Source of the DNA: Gemmatimonadota bacterium
GTDB taxonomy: Bacteria; JBHIER01; G020348925
NCBI GenBank assembly: GCA_020348925.1
Contig: CP070758.1
Span: 1,072,469-1,136,468, forward strand
DNA: 64,000 bases
Reading direction: 5' to 3'
Made by a program: the position numbers and the translations under genes. Numbering within the stretch: position 1 is the first letter of the stretch; each line of letters begins with the position of its first letter. Below, in pieces: positions 38,329 to 46,563 of this stretch. Under the pieces are notes generated by a model. The model was not told the DNA's origin and ran no database searches. It saw nothing but the letters and a program-made list of their open reading frames with translations.

Positions 38329-39171
38329 TCATTTCGGCTCCCCAGCGAAATAATCCACCACCGCCTGGTAAAATGCCCGTGTCAGCATCCGCCGATACTC
38401 CTCCTCCGCCAGCAGATCCATGTCATGTCTGTCGGTCATGAAGCCAACTTCGACCAACACCGTCGGCATCCGCGCCGTCCCCGGTACCCACAGATCGGCA
38501 CCGTAGATCTCTCCCTTCTTCGTAATGCGCCTGCCATTATAGCTCAATTGAGCAAGGCGGTAGTCTATTTTTCGGGCCAGTTCGAGACTTTTGGTAAATT
38601 TTTCCGAGGTTCTATCCGGATAACAGCCAGAGGAATCGATCGGCAGCGGTGTATTCCCTTCATGGATTGAATCGACACCGGTACAGTGAATGATTAACAG
38701 GTACCCTGAATCCGCCGGGCTGGAACTCCCGTTGGCGTGGATGTCGATGAGCACATCGGCCTCAGCCTTGTTTGCCTTTTCGGCTCTCGCCTTTAAATTC
38801 CTTTCCCTTCCTTCAGGAGTTGCTTCGATCTCATCGAGCCTCGTCCAGACCGTTTTCCCTCCGGCAGTCTCAATCAAGCGTTTCAGTTTGCGTCCAATAT
38901 CCTCGGTGAGAGCATGCTCCGGAACGGCTCCGTTCGGACAGGCAAGAGGATTTCCAGGATAGGTCAGTCTCTCAGCCCCATTGAAGGAACTGGTCCCCAC
39001 ACCTCCCCCGTTGGTATGGCAGGGCTGGCCAGGCAAGGAGGGTTCGTGGCCGGCTTCGATGGCGATGACTCGGCCTTTCAATGGTAGCGTATCATTTTCA
39101 TGCACAGAGCAGCCGACCAATATGAAAGACCATATTAAGACAGCGAACAGAATAGGTATGTGTCCTCTCAT
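38329..39171 (-). CDS. N-acetylmuramoyl-L-alanine amidase (Amidase_3) lipoprotein
   Basis: Lipobox LVGC; IAIEAGH, E, R...AN, IHAN, VLVEVGFM zinc/catalytic motifs. Confidence 0.88.
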   Translation of the reverse strand: MRGHIPILFAVLIWSFILVGCSVHENDTLPLKGRVIAIEAGHEPSLPGQPCHTNGGGVGTSSFNGAERLTYPGNPLACPNGAVPEHALTEDIGRKLKRLIETAGGKTVWTRLDEIEATPEGRERNLKARAEKANKAEADVLIDIHANGSSSPADSGYLLIIHCTGVDSIHEGNTPLPIDSSGCYPDRTSEKFTKSLELARKIDYRLAQLSYNGRRITKKGEIYGADLWVPGTARMPTVLVEVGFMTDRHDMDLLAEEEYRRMLTRAFYQAVVDYFAGEPK

Positions 39172-39294
39172 CACACTCCAATAGAATATGAAAAAGGGCG
39201 GTATCTCGTATTGCATTGAAGTTGGCAAAGAGACCCGCCCTCTTGATTTGTGTTTTCAAGACCGAATTTTGTTATGAAGAAGACCTTTGATCTA

Positions 39295-40857
39295 TCAGTC
39301 CGGCAACACCTGATGCACCACATCAATAACAGTCCCGTCCACCCACTTGATGGCGGCCACGACCTTGTCGCCCAGTTTGGGCTTGGCCGGCACCCCGCCA
39401 CAGATGGTCTCAACCTCTTTCTTGAGATCTTCGATGGAGCGAATTGGCAGACTCGATCCCGAAAGGGCTTTCATAAGATCTTTCCGCAGTGGATTGATGG
39501 CAATACCCCGTTCCGTTACGACCACGTCGATGAGTTCTCCGGGTCCGCAGAGCGTTGTGACCTCATCGACGATCACCGGAATCCGGTCACGAAAGGAGGG
39601 GATGGGGAGAATGGTGCATTTGGAGAACAGACAGTTCTGCCAGCCGCCGATCCCGTGCAGCAGCTTCCCGTCGGAATGGGTGACCACATTGGCGTTAAAA
39701 TTCACGTCCACCTCCGTCGCACCAAGAACAACCACGTCCACCATGGAGGCGAAATTTCCCTTGCCGTGATAATTGTAACTCGTGAAGGGGCTCGTGTTCA
39801 CATGATTGGGATTCTCCCTCATAGACCGCACCCCCTCCAAATCAAATGTCTGGCCATCGAGAATATAGTCGGTCAATCCCTCCTCAAGCATCTTCACCGT
39901 GTACTGGGTGCTTCCCGCCCTGACGAAGCGAGCCTTGACCCCTTCCTCCCTCATCATCTGCTCGAGGAAGATGGAGAAGGATAAAGCCGTCCCGCCGGCT
40001 CCGGCCTGATAGGAAAATCCGTCTTTGAGAATACCTGCCTCTTTGACAAATTTGGCCGTCAGCTCGGCAATCAGAAGCCGATCCGGACTCTTGGTAATTT
40101 TGGTCGTGCCGGATATGATCTTCTCCGGCTCGCCGATCTTGTCCATGACGACGACGAAATCGACATAATTGCCCTGAATCTGCCAAGGAACGCAGGGAAA
40201 TGGGACGAGATTGTCGGTGACGACGATCACCTGATCCGCGTACTGCGAATCGGCCAGGGCGAAACCCAGAAGCCCACAGGCGGAGGGGCCCCGATCCCCC
40301 GTGGCATTGCCGAAGGGATCGGCTGTGGGGGCGGCGATGATGGCGATGTCGATGTGGACCTCTCCGTCCTGAACAGCCTGATACCGACCCCCGTGTGAAC
40401 GGAGCACACCCAGGCCTTTCATTTTCCCGTAGCTGCAATACTCGCCCAATGGGCCATTCAGACTCCCCTCAATGTGGTGAACCACGCCGTTTTCCATGTG
40501 ATCGATGAGGGGTTTGTGACAGGGAAAGGCCGCGCTCGGAAACCACATGAGATCCTTGATCCCAAGCTCGGCCGCGGCCTCGAAAACGGCATTGGCCACG
40601 AGGTCGCCGTTGCGGAAGTGATGATGGCTGGATATGGTCATTCCGTCCTTCACTCCGGCCTTCTCCAGAGCCGTCTTGATGTCTTTGACCACCTTGTTTC
40701 CGTCCGCAGGATAGCAGGCACAGGAACTTATGGGCGGAGCCGCCTTTCGACCTTCAGGGATATATTGAGCAACGCCTTTGTACGGGATAGCGGGTTTCCC
40801 GTTGATTTCGGTCACAACGGCGCGTCCGGCTGCATTTTCAACAAGTTTCTGTCCCAT
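39295..40857 (-). CDS. citF: Citrate lyase alpha subunit-like (CoA/ACP transferase)
   Basis: GMTIS.HHHFRNGD, RSHGGR, Q.GAGG, ATEVDVNFNANV, VTERGIAINP. Confidence 0.92.
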   Translation of the reverse strand: MGQKLVENAAGRAVVTEINGKPAIPYKGVAQYIPEGRKAAPPISSCACYPADGNKVVKDIKTALEKAGVKDGMTISSHHHFRNGDLVANAVFEAAAELGIKDLMWFPSAAFPCHKPLIDHMENGVVHHIEGSLNGPLGEYCSYGKMKGLGVLRSHGGRYQAVQDGEVHIDIAIIAAPTADPFGNATGDRGPSACGLLGFALADSQYADQVIVVTDNLVPFPCVPWQIQGNYVDFVVVMDKIGEPEKIISGTTKITKSPDRLLIAELTAKFVKEAGILKDGFSYQAGAGGTALSFSIFLEQMMREEGVKARFVRAGSTQYTVKMLEEGLTDYILDGQTFDLEGVRSMRENPNHVNTSPFTSYNYHGKGNFASMVDVVVLGATEVDVNFNANVVTHSDGKLLHGIGGWQNCLFSKCTILPIPSFRDRIPVIVDEVTTLCGPGELIDVVVTERGIAINPLRKDLMKALSGSSLPIRSIEDLKKEVETICGGVPAKPKLGDKVVAAIKWVDGTVIDVVHQVLPD

Positions 40858-40858
40858 A

Positions 40859-42076
40859 TTATTCCTCCTCTTCCCGCCAATTCTCGGCTAACTTGCCGGT
40901 GGCCACGGCGAGCTCGATGGTCTTGAGAGCGCGCTTGACAACCGGAGGATCGATCATCTTGCTCCCCAAGGAGACAACGCCCAAACCCTGAGCCTGGGCC
41001 TCGTCGAAAGCCCGCACGATTCGTTTCGCCTTTGTGATTTCGGTCTCCGCAGGAGCAAAGGCCTCGTTGACCACGGCTATCTGCCGGGGGTGGATGCACC
41101 CTTTGCCGTCAAAGCCGAGGGATTTGGCCTCCAAAACGCTCTGCCGCAGACCCTCCATGTCACCCACATCGGAGAAGACGGTGTCGATAGGCTGTACCCC
41201 TGCGGCCCGCGCGGCGTTCACCACCTGACTGCGCATCCAAAAGCTCTCGCGCCCCTCCGGAGTTCGCTGTGTTCCAATATCCGCCGTGTAATCCTCCAGT
41301 CCCACAGCCAGAGCCACGACGCTGTCGGAGGCCGTGGCAATCTCGTACGATTTGATCGCCCCCAGAGCACTCTCAATAATGGGCATGAGATAGATCGGTT
41401 TTGATATTTTGTGCTCTTTGAGGAGGTTTTTCGCTCTTTCGTCCACCTGCACGACCTGATCCACGTTCTCGCACTTGGGTATGAGGATGACGTGGACATT
41501 ATGAGGGACGATATACTCGAGATCCTCGAGACCGCGCGGCACCTGATTGATCCGCACCATGCGCTCGGCCCCGTAAAAGTTGACCTGCCTGAGTCCGTTT
41601 CTGACCAGAGTCTGGGCCGCATCCTTGTGAGGGGGAGCAACGCTGTCCTCCAGGTCGAGGATGATCCCGTCCGGCTTGTGGATGCCCGCATTGATCATAA
41701 ACTTCGGCTCGTCGCCCGGCAGATAGAGCCGGGAGCGGCGAAATCGGTCCCTCCTCGTATCGTATGTACAGAAGGGCTGCATATCGGGAAGGAGTTCTTT
41801 TGTCAAATCGGGGCGTACCCGTCTGAGGACGGTCTCGAGGCGGGCCATGAGGGTGAAGGGGAGTGCTCCATAATCTTCGACCGTCACCTTCGCATGTTCA
41901 ACGCCCAAATGGTCCAGACCCTTTTGACAGAGTTCCACGAGGGACTCACCATACATCACATCAACTTTGCTGGTCAGGGACACCTGGATACCGCCCGAAT
42001 CCGTCAGCTCCAATGACATCCAACAATCCGAGCGAATATCCTTCCCCCTGTTCCCAGCCTCACTCTTCTTTCCCAT
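40859..42076 (-). CDS. citE: Fused citrate lyase ACP (CitD) + beta subunit (CitE)
   Basis: N-terminal AG....RSD..G + D.GAL...ARL ACP; RRSRLY.PG, LDLEDSV, VRIN, IESA, G.EDY, GK..IHP.Q. Confidence 0.88.
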   Translation of the reverse strand: MGKKSEAGNRGKDIRSDCWMSLELTDSGGIQVSLTSKVDVMYGESLVELCQKGLDHLGVEHAKVTVEDYGALPFTLMARLETVLRRVRPDLTKELLPDMQPFCTYDTRRDRFRRSRLYLPGDEPKFMINAGIHKPDGIILDLEDSVAPPHKDAAQTLVRNGLRQVNFYGAERMVRINQVPRGLEDLEYIVPHNVHVILIPKCENVDQVVQVDERAKNLLKEHKISKPIYLMPIIESALGAIKSYEIATASDSVVALAVGLEDYTADIGTQRTPEGRESFWMRSQVVNAARAAGVQPIDTVFSDVGDMEGLRQSVLEAKSLGFDGKGCIHPRQIAVVNEAFAPAETEITKAKRIVRAFDEAQAQGLGVVSLGSKMIDPPVVKRALKTIELAVATGKLAENWREEEE

Positions 42077-42566
42077 GTTCACTCTTCCTTTCTTTCAATT
42101 TCATCCTCGTGTATGGAAGAAGCCCGCCGGCATCCCGGACGGCCATAATCTCCCGAGGCAGCGGTGGGAATTGATACGTTCGATCGCCGATGACCAATTC
42201 CCCTTCACCTAAATTCAATTGGACCTCCTGCCCCTTCTCATACTCTTTCACTGCTTCAGGGCATTCAATAAGCAGAAGCCCCTGGTTGATGGCCGCCCGA
42301 TAAAAGATGCGGGCGAAGCTCTCGGCCACCACCGCGACAATGCCGACGGCTTTGAGACCAATGACAGGTTGCTCTCGCGAGCTGCCGCAACCGAAGTTTT
42401 TTCCGGCAAAGATGATATCTCCTTCCTTCACATTGTTGGCAAAATCGGGATCAAGATCTTCCAGGAGATGCGGCCGAATCTCCTGGGGTGTGCTGCACGT
42501 ATACGTGTACTTGCCGGGAAAGAGCATGTCGGTGTTGATATCATCCCCGTATTTCCAAACGTTCAT
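42060..42566 (-). CDS. LeuD/HacB-like hydratase small subunit
   Basis: DDINTD..PG.Y, NFGCGSSRE, SFARIFYR..IN.G, GGLL. Confidence 0.92.
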   Translation of the reverse strand: MNVWKYGDDINTDMLFPGKYTYTCSTPQEIRPHLLEDLDPDFANNVKEGDIIFAGKNFGCGSSREQPVIGLKAVGIVAVVAESFARIFYRAAINQGLLLIECPEAVKEYEKGQEVQLNLGEGELVIGDRTYQFPPLPREIMAVRDAGGLLPYTRMKLKERKSEHGKEE

Positions 42567-42609
42567 CGAGTTGCCTCTCTTAGTGCTTTCCTCAACAGCA
42601 TTTTCAGTG

Positions 42610-42688
42610 TGTCATTCCGGCCGGAGTGCCGGAATCTCAATCGCGTTACATCATATTTGGAGATTGCCGCATTCGCGGGGGAGTGACG
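42610..42688. repeat. REP-like palindrome pair within the operon
   Basis: GTCATTCCGGC..GCCGGAATCTC plus degenerate inverted partner GAGATTGCCGC..GCGGGGGAGTGAC. Confidence 0.6.
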
Positions 42689-42777
42689 ACAAGACGAAGC
42701 CATGTGATTGTCGAGCCGGAAAATGCAGGCTTCTCCAAGTTTTCTGGGCGATATGAAAATAAATTCTCAAGTTCACA

Positions 42778-44037
42778 TCAAATGTCTCTCGGATCCGTAA
42801 TTCTGCCTGTCAACGCCGACGCCGCCACTGTTGCCGGGCTGGCCAGATAAATTTCCGCCTCCTTACATCCCATACGGCCTTTGAAATTACGATTGGCCGT
42901 ACTCAGACACCGCTCGCCTGGGGCCAGAACCCCCTGATGCGCCCCGAGGCAAGGACCGCAGCCCGGCGGCAAGAGAATACCACCGGCTGCTACGAGGATT
43001 TGAAGAGTACCCTTCTCCAGCGCCGTGTCAAGCTCCGACCGGGAAGCCGGAAGAATGAGCAACCTGACCCTGGATGAAATGTGCTTTCCTTCAAGAATAC
43101 TGGCAGCTGCCTCTAAGTCCGACGCCCGACCGTTGGTACATGTCCCGATGAGGCATTGCTGAATTTCTGTGGCTTTCAGTTCGCCGGCAGGCTTCACATT
43201 ATCCACGGTATGAGGGCAGGCGACCTGAGGTTCTAAAGTGGAAAGATCGTACTTCAACTCCTGAACATAGGTCGCATCCGGATCGGCCCACAGGGCCTCA
43301 TACGATCCGGGCTTTACAGCTATTGACGCGAAATAGTCCTCAACAACCTTATCGGCGGGAAACGCTGCAACTTTCGCGCCCATCTCCACACCCATATTGG
43401 ACACTGTCAACCGATCGTCCATCGAAAGGTTGGGAAGGTCGCCGTGGAACTCAACGGAGCAATAATTGGCCCCGTCCGCTCCAATATCACCGATGATGTG
43501 AAGTATGAGATCCTTGGCACTGACAGGCGGCTTCAACGCCCCCTTCAGCGTCATCTTGATCGACTGCGGAACCTTGAACCACGTTTCGCCGGTCAACATC
43601 AATGCCGCGGCCTCCGTCCTATCGATGCCGGTGGCAAAGGCCCCCACTGCACCGTAGGTGCAGGTGTGTGAGTCGCTCCCAACGATGATATTCCCCGGCA
43701 GGGCCAGCCCTTTTTCCATCAATACCTGGTGACATATACCAGTACCCACGTCGAAGAAATTACGGATGCCGAAGCGTTCTACAAATTCCCTGATTGCCTT
43801 ATGGTTGGTCGCCGTCTTTTCATTCGCTGCCGGAATAACGTGATCGAGGACGATCACCGGCACCTCATGACTCGCCACCCCGAACTCATTCAATTCCTCT
43901 GAGATTTTGGAAATGATGGGAGCAGTATTGTCATGGGTTAAGAGACGATCGGGCTTTACGGTCACAATCTGGCTCGGCTCCACCTTGCTCTGACCAGATT
44001 TTGTCGCCAGGATTTTTTCAGCAAATGTCATTCCCAT
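42778..44037 (-). CDS. LeuC/HacA-like [4Fe-4S] hydratase large subunit
   Basis: HD, DH, GICHQ, GSDSHTCT.GA, IGTCTNGR, CGPCLG, NRNFKGRMG, ASPA; start approximate (up to 44052). Confidence 0.92.
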   Translation of the reverse strand: MGMTFAEKILATKSGQSKVEPSQIVTVKPDRLLTHDNTAPIISKISEELNEFGVASHEVPVIVLDHVIPAANEKTATNHKAIREFVERFGIRNFFDVGTGICHQVLMEKGLALPGNIIVGSDSHTCTYGAVGAFATGIDRTEAAALMLTGETWFKVPQSIKMTLKGALKPPVSAKDLILHIIGDIGADGANYCSVEFHGDLPNLSMDDRLTVSNMGVEMGAKVAAFPADKVVEDYFASIAVKPGSYEALWADPDATYVQELKYDLSTLEPQVACPHTVDNVKPAGELKATEIQQCLIGTCTNGRASDLEAAASILEGKHISSRVRLLILPASRSELDTALEKGTLQILVAAGGILLPPGCGPCLGAHQGVLAPGERCLSTANRNFKGRMGCKEAEIYLASPATVAASALTGRITDPRDI

Positions 44038-44048
44038 ACTCTTCACCC

Positions 44049-45872
44049 TCAATTCTTCAGAAGCCCGCCCCTCTGATAGATTTCCATCTGCGTATCAGAG
44101 AAAGGGGTTCCGTTCACACTTTTACCTCCAGAAAGACGCTCGATTTTTCCTGAAACAAGGTCCACCGTAATTTCCTCGCCGCTCTCAATATCCGTCCGAG
44201 TGAGGTCGGCAGCCATAATGGGCATGGCGGCGTTGATGGCATTGCGCTCGTAGATGGCCCCAAAGGATTCAGCGATGATAAGTGTAATACCAAGGCTCTT
44301 GAAACAATCCACAGCCTGCTGGCGCGAACTGCCTGCGCCGAAATTTTTGCCCGTCACCACAATGTCTCCGGGTTTCGCCTTTTTTGAAAAATCTTCCCAA
44401 CCCGGGAGATTATCGAAGGTATATTGACCCATCTGTTCGATATCAGTAATAGTCAGATACCGATTGTGAAAGATAATATCCGTGTCGATGTTATCCTGGC
44501 GGATGATCCACACGCGCCCCTTGATCTCAGTCGGTCTGGCCGGTTTTATTTCGGTCGGCTCGATAGCTTCCGTAGGCCTCTTCTCCATACCTGCGGTCTC
44601 CAGTGGTTGGGTGAAGAAAACCACCTCCTGCGGGATCTGATCTGCAGTGACAATGACACCTGCTACGGCTGATGCGGCAACTGTCGCAGGCGAGGCCAAA
44701 TAGACATCACCCTTGCCCTGTTTCCCGGCGAAATTGCGATTCCCCGTGCTGACGGTCACTTCACCCGGACCGTTCTGGCCGATCTGTCCGGCAGCGCAGC
44801 CGGCGCAGCCCGGATTGCCCACCAGGGCTCCGGCCTCCTTGAAGAGAGTGATCAATCCTTCGTCAAGACATCGCATCCAGATGCGGTCGGTCGATGGGAC
44901 GATTTTCAACACCACTCCCTGAGCCACCTTTCTACCCCTCAATGTCTCTGCAGCGGCCTTCATATCTTCATAGCGCCCGTTGGTACAGGACCCAATGAAG
45001 GCCGAGTCGATCTTGGTACCCTTCACCTCCTGAACTTGAACCACATCCTCAGGGTGACCTGGTCGAGAAATGAGCGGCTCGAGACTGCTCATGTCAATGT
45101 CTACTACTTGAGAATAATAGGCATCCTGGTCTGCATGCACCGGTGTGAATTCAACGTCGGAAGCCCTGGTGCAGTACGCAACGACCTCATCATTCGGCGG
45201 TAAAAAGACAATGATACCGCCCATCTCCGTGGCCATTGAGGCTATTGTGATCCGCCCATCCAGACTCATGTCATCAATTACGGGACCATAGACTTCAGCG
45301 GAAAATCCCAACAGCCCATTGGCCCCAAAGTGTCGTAAGAGAGCCAAAGTAATATCCTTGGCCGTTACTCCCTTGTGGGGTTTCCCTTTAAGTATAACCT
45401 TAATTGAAGGAGGTACTTTGAACCAAACTCGTCCGAAAGCAAAGGCTGCGGCAATATCCTGATCACCCATCCCCTGTCCGAAGGCACCGATGGCCCCTAA
45501 AATGTTGGCATGGGAATCCGTCGAGACCAGGGTCCCCCCGGGGACGAGCAGGCCGTGATCAATGGCGATATGAGTTCCAATGCCTCTGTTGATATCGAAG
45601 ATTTTGATGCCCCGTTTCCTGGCGAAGAGACGGCAGATGTGCTGATTCGTGGCGTACTTCTGGTCGGACCCGCCAGGATTGCAGTCGAAGGTGAAAAAAG
45701 TCTTGGTCGGATCTTCGATATCGAGATTGTTGTTCTCCAAATTCTTTACGACATTCGCCCCGCCGAAATCACGGGCTACACGAACATCGATGGCCACATC
45801 CACGATCTGACCCGGCTCGACATCGCAACCGGCATGATTTCCAATAATTTTCTCAAGAATCGTTTTTCCCAT
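44049..45872 (-). CDS. Fused LeuC+LeuD-like aconitase-family hydratase
   Basis: TDSH, GSCTNGR, CAGCAAG, NRNF.GKQG, then NIDTD, NFGAGSSRQ, GGLL. Confidence 0.9.
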   Translation of the reverse strand: MGKTILEKIIGNHAGCDVEPGQIVDVAIDVRVARDFGGANVVKNLENNNLDIEDPTKTFFTFDCNPGGSDQKYATNQHICRLFARKRGIKIFDINRGIGTHIAIDHGLLVPGGTLVSTDSHANILGAIGAFGQGMGDQDIAAAFAFGRVWFKVPPSIKVILKGKPHKGVTAKDITLALLRHFGANGLLGFSAEVYGPVIDDMSLDGRITIASMATEMGGIIVFLPPNDEVVAYCTRASDVEFTPVHADQDAYYSQVVDIDMSSLEPLISRPGHPEDVVQVQEVKGTKIDSAFIGSCTNGRYEDMKAAAETLRGRKVAQGVVLKIVPSTDRIWMRCLDEGLITLFKEAGALVGNPGCAGCAAGQIGQNGPGEVTVSTGNRNFAGKQGKGDVYLASPATVAASAVAGVIVTADQIPQEVVFFTQPLETAGMEKRPTEAIEPTEIKPARPTEIKGRVWIIRQDNIDTDIIFHNRYLTITDIEQMGQYTFDNLPGWEDFSKKAKPGDIVVTGKNFGAGSSRQQAVDCFKSLGITLIIAESFGAIYERNAINAAMPIMAADLTRTDIESGEEITVDLVSGKIERLSGGKSVNGTPFSDTQMEIYQRGGLLKN

Positions 45873-45924
45873 ATCAAAATCCCTCGCATAAATGTACTGT
45901 TGACCGTATTGACTTTGAAAACAA

Positions 45925-45953
45925 AGTATAAGGCAAAAAAAGTACAGTGTCAA
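45925..45953 (-). promoter_or_regulatory. Sigma70 promoter of the hydratase/lyase operon
   Basis: TTGACA-N17-TATACT. Confidence 0.7.
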
Positions 45954-46470
45954 TAGTATTGTGCAGAAAAAATAAAACTCTTTCTGAGCTGGGCGAGAAT
46001 ACTTAAAAGAAGTATGTTAACAAAAGTTCGAAGAGCATAAGTCCCTAAAATATAATAATTACATCCTGTGCAGCTCTTCTGTACTCTCAAACCATTTCTC
46101 TTGCGAAACTCACGTTTTGGGCGAAGATGAAATGTAATGCATTTAGGCAGGATACAATCAGTATTTGGTTCAAAAAGATTTTATGCATGTCTAAGATATT
46201 CTTTCAAGAGTGGCATTTGTATTTTCGATTCTCAAAGATCATGATCGTACTGAGAATCAACTCATTTCCAACATTTTGTCAAAAATGAATGTTATCCAAG
46301 AGAATCGTTACTTTCACTGCAAAAAAGACAGAATTAAACCATAGAAAATCATCCCCCCATCAAATTCAATATTACAGATTTAGGGAGAAATGTCCCTGCA
46401 ATAGACAGTGGTGTTTCAAAATACAATTCCACTTTCTTTATTATAAAAAGACTCTCACCTCGTAATTAGC

Positions 46471-46563
46471 TTTTCCACTTGCTTTTAGACAAGAAACTGA
46501 ATAGCTTACATAGAGATCTATCTATCGCTGGATTCCTCTTAACAGGAGGTTTATAAGCAAGTT
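46471..46563 (+). promoter_or_regulatory. Kinase promoter/leader, copy 1
   Basis: TTGCTT-N17-TAGCTT, AGGAGG; about 80/93 ungapped identity (hand count) to 59253-59345. Confidence 0.7.
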
